This document shows, in pieces, positions 10,848-20,923 of a stretch of 64,000 nucleotides of DNA. The notes beneath the pieces were generated by a model, which worked only from the letters and a program-made list of their open reading frames with translations, had not been told where the DNA came from and made no database searches. The stretch comes from Candidatus Velthaea sp. Its GTDB lineage: Bacteria; Vulcanimicrobiota; Vulcanimicrobiia; Vulcanimicrobiales; Vulcanimicrobiaceae. The translations under genes were made by a program, and so were the position numbers. The stretch lies in the NCBI GenBank assembly GCA_965214935.1, contig CBDCCS010000002.1:20617-84616 (forward strand), in the 5' to 3' direction. Within the stretch, counting starts at the first letter, position 1. Every line of letters starts with the position of its first letter.

Positions 10848-12182
10848 CTACGATGCACGCCGTTTCAAGCGAGTCCAGACGAAAATGAGATCGTGATGGG
10901 TGATAAGCAAGTTCGGCATTTTCGATTTGAGCACGATCGGAAAACACGCCAACGTCGCGCCTAGCCCACACAGGCTAGAAAGTACCAATGCCGTGGCCGC
11001 ACCGCTCAAACCGAAGCGCGGTATGAGCACGAGCATAAACGGCACCGTAAGACCCAAGCTAATCAATTGCAAAGCCGCAATGAGCCCGGGCCGGCCGCTT
11101 GCCATAAAAGACATGGAACAGATCGAGGTCGTGCTCGCTATGACCATTTGGACGCTCAAGATTCGGGCGACCGGTACGACTGCGCCAAAGGCTCCGCCGT
11201 ATAAGTGTAGCATCAAAAACGGCAAGAGCACGATCAACCCGATCGCGGCAGTCAACGCCGCGAGCGTGCTAATGCGAGCGGCGCGGCCGGTAAGCAACAA
11301 CATTTCTGCCGGATCGAGCGACGATGCTTTGGGAAATAACACCGTATTAAGTGTCGATGGAAAGATAAAGAGAATTCGCGAAACACTCAAAGCTACGGTG
11401 TACAAACCAAGACCGCTTGCGCTTAACAAACCGACAACGAGCACTTGATCGATCTGCTGCGAGAGCGTGCCGAGAATGTCGATGAGGTATGAGCGCGAGC
11501 CGTAGCTTAGCAACTTTTTTGCCGATTCGCGAAAATGTTCGAGCCGAAGACTGAGCATTCTTCGCTGGTACCAGCACAAAATGAACGGCACGGGAACCCA
11601 CGGAGCAAGATACGCAACCGTCGACGTGTAGGGCGTAATATGCTTTGTCGTCACCAAACACACCAGCGCGATAACGCTCGCTAATTGCGGCAGTGACTTG
11701 CTCAAATTCGAGGCGGTAAAATCACCGCGTGATTCGAGCGCTGCTTGTAAGACGAACGTCGTCATATTGAAGGGAACTTGCAACATCATCCATTGAGCGA
11801 AGATGACGATCGGCGGTCCGTAACGGGTCAACCAGTGGGGGATAAAGATAATGCCGATCAGCGTTGCAACGAGCCCGAGTACGACGGACAGAGCCAGCGC
11901 GGCAGATAATAAGCGACCCTGTTCTTCGGGATGTCGTCGCGAATTGTAATTGAGCGCAAGTGGTACGCCTAAGGTCAGTAAGCTGCATAACAAACCCGGC
12001 CACATTGCCATTGCCGCTTGCTCGCCGCGTCCCGCCGGCGCAAGTGCGCGCGCAACGATGACACCTGTCGCCACGTTTGAGGCCAGCAAGAATATGCGTG
12101 ACAGAAATGTCTGCGCTACCGCTCCCGAGACCGATGCAACCGATTTGCGTTTGGCAGGCGCAGCACCGATCGGCGCCTCCAC
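10848..12182 (-). CDS. wzx: Wzx-type oligosaccharide flippase
   Basis: Multi-TM protein; ARALAPAGRG and QQIDQVLVVGLLSASGLGLYTVA MOP/PST-family motifs. Confidence 0.88.
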   Translation of the reverse strand: MEAPIGAAPAKRKSVASVSGAVAQTFLSRIFLLASNVATGVIVARALAPAGRGEQAAMAMWPGLLCSLLTLGVPLALNYNSRRHPEEQGRLLSAALALSVVLGLVATLIGIIFIPHWLTRYGPPIVIFAQWMMLQVPFNMTTFVLQAALESRGDFTASNLSKSLPQLASVIALVCLVTTKHITPYTSTVAYLAPWVPVPFILCWYQRRMLSLRLEHFRESAKKLLSYGSRSYLIDILGTLSQQIDQVLVVGLLSASGLGLYTVALSVSRILFIFPSTLNTVLFPKASSLDPAEMLLLTGRAARISTLAALTAAIGLIVLLPFLMLHLYGGAFGAVVPVARILSVQMVIASTTSICSMSFMASGRPGLIAALQLISLGLTVPFMLVLIPRFGLSGAATALVLSSLCGLGATLACFPIVLKSKMPNLLITHHDLIFVWTRLKRRAS

Positions 12183-12323
12183 GTAAGTCGGTTCAGAAAT
12201 CTTGCACCATCATCTTTACGACCACCTAGGTTGAACGTTCGTTGCTTGGACTTCGTTTGAACCAATACGTAAGCAAGTCGTCTATTCTTACAACACGCTG
12301 CCAAGTCGGCGAGTGAGGCACTT

Positions 12324-13667
12324 ATTCTCAACGTAGCTACAAAAGCCGGTTACCGGACGGCGTGGGGGCTTGCCCTGTGCGTAGGAGCGTTCGGCTCTGT
12401 GGCGCTGCCGGCCGCTGCAAATAATCGCACCTCGTCCGTCGTGCAGGTTGCGCAGATGCAAGATGGATCGCCGGCCGGTGAAGCCGCGTCCGATTCCGAT
12501 GCGTTTGTCGATTCAATCGGCTTTAATGCAAAATTCGAGATTCCAAAGTCGCTGTATGCAACGCATTTTTCAACGGTAAAGTCACTCCTTGCGGGAGCCG
12601 GTATCCGGCACATTCGCGTAGGATTTCAGTTCAACAACCCAACCTACGATCGCATGATGCGGGACTTGGCCGCAGCCGGCGTGCACGGCAGTTACGTCAC
12701 GCAGCTGCACTACACGCAAAGCCAACTGACTGACTTCCCAAGTGCCGTTGCTCCGTCGCTCGAATCTTACGAGGGACCAAACGAGCCCAATCAACAGGGG
12801 AATGCTGATTGGTCCACGCAGACGCGCACGTTCCAGCAAAACCTCTATGCGTGGGTTAAAGGCGATCCGCGGACAAAGCAATTTGCCGTTATCGGACCGT
12901 CGGTGACAAATCACTTTGAGGATATCGGCGACATGAGTCCTTACATGGACTATGGTAACATCCATAATTATCTTGATGTGTTCAATCCCGGCACCATCGG
13001 GTGGGGTTCGCGCCATCCTGAAGGTGTCTACGGAAGCATCGACTTCAACGTTAATGAAGGCAAGAAAATTAGCGTTACCAAGCCGGTCATGTCGACGGAG
13101 ACCGGATACGGTGCCATACCGCAAGGCTCGAAGACGATGCTCGACTACCGTGCGCAATTGCGTTACATGTCGCGGCTGTTCTTTCAACAGCATAATCACG
13201 GCGTCGTGCGAACGTACGCTTATCAGTTTCTCGATAACGCCGGACTCGGCTTATTCGACCGGTTCGGCCTCGTGCAATACGATCTGACACCCAAACCGGC
13301 GTACGCAGCGATTAAGTCGATTGTTGCCGTGCTGAGCGACCCCGGACCGCGCTTCGCGGCGACGCCACTTGTTTACCAACTCGCGGGCGATACGAGCAAC
13401 GTCGCTCATACGTTGTTGCAGAAGCGGAATGGTGATTACGTGCTGGCCGTATGGATCGAAAAACCAAGTTGGAACCCGCACGGCGGCGGCGACATCGTCG
13501 TTCCCGAACAAACCGTATCGTTGACCGCGCAAGCGCACTTTTCGCGTGCGACGCTCTACAGCATGGATGAGAGTGGACGTTTCTCGACGAGCACCGAGCA
13601 ATTATCCAATAACACGACGTCGTTTCGTGTCAGTGACAAGATATCGCTACTGACGTTGTCTCGCTAG
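12324..13667 (+). CDS. Exported clan GH-A glycoside hydrolase without LamG (paralog 3); start uncertain (ATT 12324 or GTG 12399)
   Basis: DAFVDSIG, GIRHIR, YEGPNEPN, STETGY and HTLLQKRNG shared with paralogs 1 and 2; signal-peptide-like segment upstream of 12399. Confidence 0.8.
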   Translation: MLNVATKAGYRTAWGLALCVGAFGSVALPAAANNRTSSVVQVAQMQDGSPAGEAASDSDAFVDSIGFNAKFEIPKSLYATHFSTVKSLLAGAGIRHIRVGFQFNNPTYDRMMRDLAAAGVHGSYVTQLHYTQSQLTDFPSAVAPSLESYEGPNEPNQQGNADWSTQTRTFQQNLYAWVKGDPRTKQFAVIGPSVTNHFEDIGDMSPYMDYGNIHNYLDVFNPGTIGWGSRHPEGVYGSIDFNVNEGKKISVTKPVMSTETGYGAIPQGSKTMLDYRAQLRYMSRLFFQQHNHGVVRTYAYQFLDNAGLGLFDRFGLVQYDLTPKPAYAAIKSIVAVLSDPGPRFAATPLVYQLAGDTSNVAHTLLQKRNGDYVLAVWIEKPSWNPHGGGDIVVPEQTVSLTAQAHFSRATLYSMDESGRFSTSTEQLSNNTTSFRVSDKISLLTLSR

Positions 13668-14807
13668 ATCGCGCACGGTCGGCTGCACCGGGCGTCCGGC
13701 CATAAGCGCGGCAATCGCGGCGGCCGTGCGCTTCCAGGTAAATTCATCGAGCGCACGTTGCCGCCCGCGTGCGCCCATCCTGGCCGCGCGTTGCGGATCG
13801 TCGAAGAGCGATACGATCGCCGCGGCGATTTCGCCGCTTGCATCACCGTCGACGAGAAGCCCGGTCTCGCCGGCTGCGATGGCGTCTTCGGCGCCGGAAT
13901 TTCGGCCACCGATTGCCGGCAGATCGGCGAGCGCAGCCTCGAGGTACACAAGTCCGAAGCCTTCCACGTCGTTGCCGATCTTGCGTGCCGGAAGAGCGAA
14001 GCACCAAGCACGGGCGTAGGCTGCATGCATGTCGGCATCGCTGACGCTGCCGAGAAAATGTACGTGCGCCCGGACCCCGAGCCGATCCGCCAGAACGTGT
14101 AGCTCTTCGCTCTGAGGACCGGCGCCGACGATCTCGTAGCGGGCGGTCGGATAGTGCGCCAGGATCTCCGGAAGTGCAGCGATGATCCGGTCGAAGCCCT
14201 TGCGCGCGATCAGCCGGCCGACCGAAACGATGGTCGGTTCGGCAGCTCGCGCCGGGTCGATGGCCTGCGCGTCGATACCGGGGTGTACGACCGCGATGTC
14301 ACCCTTTACGCCGGCGGAAAGGAGCAAGTCGCGCGTAAACGAGCTGTTCGCGATGATGACATCCGCCCGTGCAAACACGTAGCGCATCAAGAGCCGCCGC
14401 ACGCCGCCTTTTTCGGGCGCAATCTCCGTACCGTGCGCGATGACTCCCAACCGGCCGCGCATAAACTTCGGCACGATGCATGCCGCTAAGCCGCCGGGAA
14501 ACCACATCGACGCGATCGTTACCGGATCTTTCGTCGTCAGACGCGCCATGAACAGCGCGGCGGTCATCGCAAAGAAACTTATTGCACGGCCACGTTGCGC
14601 GTAACGTACGACGCGATACTTTTGCGCTGCATCGAATTGGGCGCTACCGGTAATCTGCGGAGCGACGACGACAACCGGCTCTCCTGCGACGCACAACTCT
14701 TGCGCCAACCGTGAAAGAAAGCGCTGAATACCACCGTGATTCGGAGGAAAATCATTTGTTACCAGAACCGCCATTGTCGTAGCTTCGGCGCAAATAGAGG
14801 CAGTCAT
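13647..14807 (-). CDS. Glycosyltransferase family 4 (PimB-like)
   Basis: VTNDFPPNHGGIQ, VGRLIARKG, EGFGLVYLEA; start trimmed to ATG 14807 (or 14774). Confidence 0.92.
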   Translation of the reverse strand: MTASICAEATTMAVLVTNDFPPNHGGIQRFLSRLAQELCVAGEPVVVVAPQITGSAQFDAAQKYRVVRYAQRGRAISFFAMTAALFMARLTTKDPVTIASMWFPGGLAACIVPKFMRGRLGVIAHGTEIAPEKGGVRRLLMRYVFARADVIIANSSFTRDLLLSAGVKGDIAVVHPGIDAQAIDPARAAEPTIVSVGRLIARKGFDRIIAALPEILAHYPTARYEIVGAGPQSEELHVLADRLGVRAHVHFLGSVSDADMHAAYARAWCFALPARKIGNDVEGFGLVYLEAALADLPAIGGRNSGAEDAIAAGETGLLVDGDASGEIAAAIVSLFDDPQRAARMGARGRQRALDEFTWKRTAAAIAALMAGRPVQPTVRDLARQRQ

Positions 14808-14914
14808 GCCGCAACAAATACGACAGCAGCAGCGCGTTCGCTCGGCGTACGATGTTGCGGGTCCGCGTACGGTCAATAAATGACGCGTCCGCCGCAAGCG
14901 GGAAGGAAACATCC

Positions 14915-15886
14915 GTGCGAATTTCCGTCCTAATACCGACGTATCAACGACCCGACGATCTCCGCCGCTGCCTCGCTGCACTAACATTGCAAACGCGCAT
15001 GCCCGACGAAGTAATCGTCGTCGTGCGCGATACCGATTCAATAACTCGGGATATGTTAAATGCTACGGATTTGTCGGCGCTCGCACTGCGCATCGTCGGT
15101 GTCGACATTGCAGGCGGAGTTCAAGCGCTCAATGCGGGTCTCGTGCATGTGAACGGCGATATCGTTGCCATCACCGATGATGACGCCGCGCCGCATCCGG
15201 ATTGGATCGAGCGAATACTCGCCGCTTTTGCAGCGCGCGTTGATGTCGGCGGGGTCGGCGGCCGGGATCGTATGCACGTGCAAAATGTCTTACAGGAAGG
15301 TAGCGAGCGGCAAGTCGGCAAGGTCCCCCTTGTCGGAAAACATATCGGCAACCATCACCTCGGCTTCGGGTCGGCACGGCAAGTCGATGTCCTCAAAGGC
15401 GTAAACAGCGCGTACCGCCTGCAAGCGATAAAGCCCATCGGTTTCGACGAACGTTTACGCGGCTCGGGTGCACAGGTGCATTGGGAAATAAGCTTGTGCC
15501 TTGCAGTGAAGCGCGCGGGCTGGAAGCTCATTTACGATCCGCAAATCGTCGTCGATCATTACCTCGCCAAACGCCACGACGAAGACCAGCGTATCGGTTT
15601 TAATGCGCTGGCAATGCGAAATGCTGCTTATAATGAAGCACTCATCCGAATGGAATATCTTTCGACGCTGGGCAAAGCGGCGTTTATGCTGTGGGCAGTT
15701 ATCATCGGAACCCGGGTTGCGCCCGGAATCGTTCAATGGTTACGCTTCGTTCCGCACGACGCTGCGCTGGCAACCGATAAATTAAAAGCCACGCTTAGCG
15801 GGCGCATCGACGCGTGGAACGACGTTTCTCGGTCCGCACCGGACCGCAAACAACATCGGGCGAGCGTTACGAACTCCGGCCGATAA
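14915..15886 (+). CDS. Glycosyltransferase family 2
   Basis: GTG 14915 after AAGGA; ISVLIPTYQRP and AITDDDA. Confidence 0.92.
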   Translation: MRISVLIPTYQRPDDLRRCLAALTLQTRMPDEVIVVVRDTDSITRDMLNATDLSALALRIVGVDIAGGVQALNAGLVHVNGDIVAITDDDAAPHPDWIERILAAFAARVDVGGVGGRDRMHVQNVLQEGSERQVGKVPLVGKHIGNHHLGFGSARQVDVLKGVNSAYRLQAIKPIGFDERLRGSGAQVHWEISLCLAVKRAGWKLIYDPQIVVDHYLAKRHDEDQRIGFNALAMRNAAYNEALIRMEYLSTLGKAAFMLWAVIIGTRVAPGIVQWLRFVPHDAALATDKLKATLSGRIDAWNDVSRSAPDRKQHRASVTNSGR

Positions 15887-16781
15887 CGAGCGCGTCGAGT
15901 TCCGCATCGCTAAAGAGACGCGAAGCTTGCGCGTGCCGGACATTGTCACGAATATGCGCCGGACTCGTCGAAGAGAATAACGTAACTCCGTCCAAATTTG
16001 AGCGCAGTGCGAATTCCAGCATCGCGCGTCGGACGGCATCGGCCGGTAACGGCACACCGGTACGAAGCGGAAAGCGTGCGGCGATCGCTTCGACGTTACC
16101 GGAAAAAATCGAATGACCGATAAACGGCGTGGCTCGAATGGCTGCAGCGACCGGACGCGCGAGCGAGTTGGCGACTTGCACCACGGGTGCAAAGCGCGGG
16201 TTGCTTAGAAGTACTTCGTGCGTTGCTTCGGGCTGCGTACCGATGCCGAACGCGCGTATCTTACCGGCCTTCACGAACGATTGAAGTGCCTCGAATAGCT
16301 CGTCGGTCAAGTCGGGCGGGAGGCATTCATGGAGCAGAAAGAGGTCGATATAATCGGTATCGAGTTCGCGTAAGCTCGTTTCCAAACTTGCACGAATCGC
16401 TGCGACGTCGAATTGACCGCGGGCGACGGCGCGTTCAGCCGCTCGCCGGACGGTTTGCCGCAACGACGGTGCGAGCGCAACGATTCCCTTGGCGACAACA
16501 CGCAGGGCTGAGAGCGCCGTCGACCGCGCAGGTGGTTGGATTCCGGCTTTCGTCGTCAACGTTACCAGCCGCCGTTTATCGCGAATGAACCGGCCGACAA
16601 CGCGTTCGGCATCCCCATAACCGTAAGCTCGCGCCGTGTCGAAGTGCGCGATGCCGGCCTCGAATGCGGCATCGAGTGCTCGACGTGATGCACCGGCGGA
16701 GATGCGTCCCATCAACACCGAGGTGCCGAAGCCGAGCCGCGACGTGCGGATCGTGCCTCCGGCCAGTGACGCTGCATGCAT
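15867..16781 (-). CDS. Aldo/keto reductase
   Basis: SRLGFG, HFDTARAYGYGDAE, TTKAG, SLRELDTDYIDLFLLH. Confidence 0.92.
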   Translation of the reverse strand: MHAASLAGGTIRTSRLGFGTSVLMGRISAGASRRALDAAFEAGIAHFDTARAYGYGDAERVVGRFIRDKRRLVTLTTKAGIQPPARSTALSALRVVAKGIVALAPSLRQTVRRAAERAVARGQFDVAAIRASLETSLRELDTDYIDLFLLHECLPPDLTDELFEALQSFVKAGKIRAFGIGTQPEATHEVLLSNPRFAPVVQVANSLARPVAAAIRATPFIGHSIFSGNVEAIAARFPLRTGVPLPADAVRRAMLEFALRSNLDGVTLFSSTSPAHIRDNVRHAQASRLFSDAELDALVIGRSS

Positions 16782-17983
16782 CAGCTTAACGCCGTATGCG
16801 TTCGGATTGCCGCATCGTAGACGGCTTCAAGCCTATCGATGACGGCCGGCCAGCTATAGCGCTGCATCGCCGAACGGTTGTACGCGCCCATTGCGCGGGC
16901 ACGCTGCGGATCGGACAACAGCGTGCGCAATGCACCGGCCAGCGCATCGATATCGCCGGGTTCGACCAGCAGTCCGCCGGGCTCGTCAACCAGATCGACG
17001 GGACCGCCGGCACGCGTCGCAATGACCGGCCGCCCGGTCGCCATCGCTTCGATCAGGCTCATACCGTACGGCTCGCTATACGACGCCAACACGTACAGCG
17101 TGCTCGCGGCCAGCGTAGCGGGTATGTCCTTGCGCGGGACGGTGCCCAGGAACGTAATGCGTTCGTGATACGGACTCGAGCCTGCAAGCTGCCGAAACCG
17201 ATCGCCTTCGACGCCGTCGCCGCCGATTGTTAAACGCACGTCCGGAAACTCCGCAGCGATCAGGTCGAAAGCGGCCAGGAGCACCAAGATGCCTTTTCGC
17301 TCCGAAAGTGCCGCAAGATAAAGTATGACCGGATCGCCTGAGGGCGGAACGCTGTGCGCAAACAACTCAAGATCGATGCCGTACGGAACCGTAAAAATCT
17401 GGTCGCTTTGGATCCGCGGGCTCACGATCCGGCTGCGTGCCGCCGGGCCGGCGACAACGATCGCGTCGGCAAACCGCTGTTGAAACCGCGAGATGAAATC
17501 GAGTAGCGCCGTTCGTAATTTTGCCGAGCGCGAGCTCGGCCAGTGCGCAACATACGGCCCTAACACAAGCGGAATATTGCAGCCGACGAGGCCGAGCGAT
17601 AACCCGGCATATACCGGATTGAGCTGGTGCGCGATGTCGAAGCGCCGTCCGCGATCGAGGCGCTTGAACAGTCGGCGCATCTTCCAAGCATACTCTACCC
17701 GGCGCATAAGGTTGAAGCGCTGCAGCCGGAGTGCGAGCGGATAAAGCGTGATATTCGGTGGTAGTTCGCCGCGAATTTCAACATGTTCGCACGCTACGGA
17801 AAGCGTATGGCCGCGCCGGGCAAGTTCGCAAATGAAGCGGTAAGTAAGTAATCCGTCTCCGTGCGCGCGGCTATCGGTTAAAACACCGGAAGGATGCACG
17901 ATAAAAATGTTTCGTGATTGCCGCGCCTCTGCGGTAACGAGCGTTCGCGACAATTGCCGCGACATGCGCGCTGGAAATCTCAT
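16781..17983 (-). CDS. Glycosyltransferase family 4
   Basis: ERKG and SYSEPYGMSLIEAMATGRP; start trimmed (17983 or 17965). Confidence 0.9.
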   Translation of the reverse strand: MRFPARMSRQLSRTLVTAEARQSRNIFIVHPSGVLTDSRAHGDGLLTYRFICELARRGHTLSVACEHVEIRGELPPNITLYPLALRLQRFNLMRRVEYAWKMRRLFKRLDRGRRFDIAHQLNPVYAGLSLGLVGCNIPLVLGPYVAHWPSSRSAKLRTALLDFISRFQQRFADAIVVAGPAARSRIVSPRIQSDQIFTVPYGIDLELFAHSVPPSGDPVILYLAALSERKGILVLLAAFDLIAAEFPDVRLTIGGDGVEGDRFRQLAGSSPYHERITFLGTVPRKDIPATLAASTLYVLASYSEPYGMSLIEAMATGRPVIATRAGGPVDLVDEPGGLLVEPGDIDALAGALRTLLSDPQRARAMGAYNRSAMQRYSWPAVIDRLEAVYDAAIRTHTALS

Positions 17984-18121
17984 GCGGCATTCTCCGGATG
18001 TACTCTGCGTTATGCGAGGGTTTCGTGAGCCGGGTGCTAAGCCTTGACTCGTGTCGCGTCTACTCGTGTTCCGAATTTGCCTTCGGCTACCCTCGTTTAA
18101 CGTATGTGTGCGGCCGCATCG

Positions 18122-19249
18122 ATGCGCGTAGCATTCGTCGATCAAGCCGGCGGTAAACCGGGCGGCGCGCAAGAAAGTCTTGCACTCTTGCTCGACAATC
18201 TTCCGCCGGATATCGCGCCGATTGTCGTTCTGTTCGAAGATGGAGAGTTCGCGCAACGCCTACGTGACAAAGGGTTTACAACTCGCATCGTTGCGATGTC
18301 CGAAGGTTTACGTTCCGTCACGCGCGAGAAGCCGTCGTCACTTGCAGTCGTGTCGATACCCTCTACCGTCTACGAACTCGTGCAACTGTTTCGAGCCGAA
18401 CGCATCGACCTCGTTCATACCAATACGGTTAAGGCCCATCTATTCGCAGCGCCGGCAGCGCGATTGGCCGGTATCCCCAGCGTGATGCATCTGCGCGATA
18501 TGGTCGGCGGCATCGGCCGATCTGCTTTACGCGCGGTCGCCCGAACGTGCTCGCGGCAACGTATCGCGATCTCCGGCGCGCTTTCGCGCTGGTATGACAT
18601 GCCCAAGACGATAACGATCGCGAACCCGGTGGATCTGACACGCTATGTCGACATGCTCGATCGTTCCGCCGCACGCCGTGAGTTGGGCATTCCGCTTGAC
18701 GGCAAGCCGCTAATCGGAATTGTCGGCCGCATCAATCGCTGGAAAGGTCACGATCGTTTCTTGCGAATCGCGGCGGCAGTAAACGCCCGGACGCCGATTC
18801 GCTGTGTCATCGTCGGTGAAGCGCGCTTTCGCGATACCGACTTTGTACCGGAACTGCATGCCCTAGCGGCCGAGTTGGGCATCGGCGCGTCGACGACGTT
18901 CGTACCTTGGTTGAACGATCCGCGGGTGGCGTATGCGGCGCTCGACGTCCATTGCAACTGTTCGGAACGCGAACCGTTTGGACGATCGATCGTTGAAGCC
19001 GCCGCAGCGGGCGTACCGACCGTCGCCTTCGACGACGGCGGTGCCCCGGACATCATCCGCGATCGAATCGACGGCCGAATCGTCCCCGCGGGCGATAACG
19101 ATGCGTTCAGCGCCGCCGTTCTCACGTTAGTGTCGGATGGGGTCTTACGAGCAAAATACGGCGCCGCGGCTCGTGACGGTAGCGCCCGCTTCGCCGCGCC
19201 GGCGCATGCGGCGCTCGTGGCCGACGTCCTGCGCGAAAGTGCCGCATGA
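18122..19249 (+). CDS. Glycosyltransferase family 4
   Basis: MRVAFVDQ..GGAQ, VGRINRWKG, EPFGRSIVEA. Confidence 0.92.
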   Translation: MRVAFVDQAGGKPGGAQESLALLLDNLPPDIAPIVVLFEDGEFAQRLRDKGFTTRIVAMSEGLRSVTREKPSSLAVVSIPSTVYELVQLFRAERIDLVHTNTVKAHLFAAPAARLAGIPSVMHLRDMVGGIGRSALRAVARTCSRQRIAISGALSRWYDMPKTITIANPVDLTRYVDMLDRSAARRELGIPLDGKPLIGIVGRINRWKGHDRFLRIAAAVNARTPIRCVIVGEARFRDTDFVPELHALAAELGIGASTTFVPWLNDPRVAYAALDVHCNCSEREPFGRSIVEAAAAGVPTVAFDDGGAPDIIRDRIDGRIVPAGDNDAFSAAVLTLVSDGVLRAKYGAAARDGSARFAAPAHAALVADVLRESAA

Positions 19250-20340
19250 GCGCACAACCGCGCGTGGCGATCGTCTCCGATCCGCTCGTTCAGCGCGGCG
19301 GCGCAGAAAAACTCGTTGCCGATGTGCTGGCACGCATCTTCCCGGACGCGCCGATCTTCGCACTGCTTTACTCGCCGCAAACCGGTCCCGCGCAGATCGC
19401 CGACCGTGTCGTAACGACGGCCTTGCAGCGTTTTCCCGGCGCTGCACGTCGCCATCGCTGGTTCTTGCCGTTCTATCCGGCTGCCGTTGAAAGCATCGAT
19501 CTGCGCGGGTTCGATCTTATCATCTCATCGCATCACACCGCCGCGAAGGGCGTTCTGCGCAACAGCGGTCAGCGCCATATCTGTTACTGTCATACGCCGA
19601 TGCGCGCGTTATGGGAGCGCACCCGGGAAGAGTTGAGCGAATTGCCGGCGCCGCTTCGCCCGCTCGCAGCCTACTCGCTTTCGCAACTGCGTGAATGGGA
19701 TTATATCACCGCTGCTCGCGTCGACTTGTTCGTCGCCAACAGCGTGACAACGCAGAGTCGTATCTACCGGCATTACCGGCGCGACAGCACCGTCATTTAC
19801 CCGGCCATCGACTTCGATCGGTTCACGGCCCAGCGTTCCGCGCCGGCGGGCGACTATTATCTCGTGGCATCACGGCTCGTCCCCTATAAACGCGTCGATT
19901 TGGCCATTGCTGCGACAAAGCACCTCAAGCGCCGGCTTATCGTCGTCGGCACCGGTCCGGATAAAACCGGTATCGACGATGCGCATGTAGAGTATCTCGG
20001 CCATGTTCCGGACGAGCGGCTCGTTGAACTAATGCGCGGCGCACGCGCGCTGCTATTTCCGGGATTCGAAGATTTTGGAATGACGCCGGTAGAAATGATG
20101 GCCTGTGGCCGGCCGGTAATTGCCTTCGGCGCAGGCGGCGCTTTGGAAACAGTGATCGATGGTGTCACCGGAGTCTTTGCCGCCGAACAGACCGTCGCCT
20201 CATTCGTCGACGCCATTTTACGTTACGAGGACCTCGATCTGCGTTCGGACGACATCCGCGAACATGCGAAGACGTTTTCATTCGCACGCTTCGAGACATC
20301 GATGCTCGACGCCGTGCGCACCGTTATGAACGACAGGTGA
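19246..20340 (+). CDS. Glycosyltransferase family 4 (mannosyltransferase-like)
   Basis: RGGAEK, YCHTPMR, SRLVPYKRVD, EDFGMTPVEMMACG; ATGA overlap with upstream gene. Confidence 0.92.
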   Translation: MSAQPRVAIVSDPLVQRGGAEKLVADVLARIFPDAPIFALLYSPQTGPAQIADRVVTTALQRFPGAARRHRWFLPFYPAAVESIDLRGFDLIISSHHTAAKGVLRNSGQRHICYCHTPMRALWERTREELSELPAPLRPLAAYSLSQLREWDYITAARVDLFVANSVTTQSRIYRHYRRDSTVIYPAIDFDRFTAQRSAPAGDYYLVASRLVPYKRVDLAIAATKHLKRRLIVVGTGPDKTGIDDAHVEYLGHVPDERLVELMRGARALLFPGFEDFGMTPVEMMACGRPVIAFGAGGALETVIDGVTGVFAAEQTVASFVDAILRYEDLDLRSDDIREHAKTFSFARFETSMLDAVRTVMNDR

Positions 20341-20343
20341 AGC

Positions 20344-20919
20344 TTACTGCTCCCAAGTCTTGACCATTTTTACCGGGCGCGACGGCAACGGCAACACGAC
20401 GGATCCGGCGGGTACGTCGCGATTGACGATCGCGCCGGCGCCGATGACGGCGCCCTTACCAATGCGTATGCCGCCGCGATCGTTACCAATGATGATCGCA
20501 TGTGTGCCGATGACAACATCGTCTTCGATGACGATGCGGGAATCGGAACCCGGAACCGCCTCCGCCGCCATGGTGACATGATGAAAGATTTTAACGTGCC
20601 GGCCGATCGTGACATTCGGATGAACCACGCAGCCGAGTCCCATATGGACCAGATAGATATCCGGCTCGACTTCACATTGCACGCAAAGAATCGATTTAAA
20701 TAGCACGAAACCAGCTGCTTTGATGAGCCAAGCCAGCGGATACAATTTCGCTTGATAGGCCTTCGTGCTGAAATACCACAATCGCCCGGCTGATAAATTG
20801 TAACGCAGATCGCGCAGCAGGTTGCGTTTTTTTGCTTCGGATGATTGGCCGGCGGCCATGTCGGGAGCGAGGCTGGGAAGAAGTTGATCGGCCGGAGCGG
20901 CAGATTCGCCGTGATGCAT
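20344..20919 (-). CDS. Hexapeptide-repeat (LbH) acyltransferase, serine O-acetyltransferase/WcaB-like
   Basis: HMGLGCVVHPNVTIGRHVKIFHHVT, IEDDVVIGTHAII and IGKGAVIGAGAIVNRDVP repeats; start placed after the ACP stop. Confidence 0.85.
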   Translation of the reverse strand: MHHGESAAPADQLLPSLAPDMAAGQSSEAKKRNLLRDLRYNLSAGRLWYFSTKAYQAKLYPLAWLIKAAGFVLFKSILCVQCEVEPDIYLVHMGLGCVVHPNVTIGRHVKIFHHVTMAAEAVPGSDSRIVIEDDVVIGTHAIIIGNDRGGIRIGKGAVIGAGAIVNRDVPAGSVVLPLPSRPVKMVKTWEQ

Positions 20920-20923
20920 CTGC

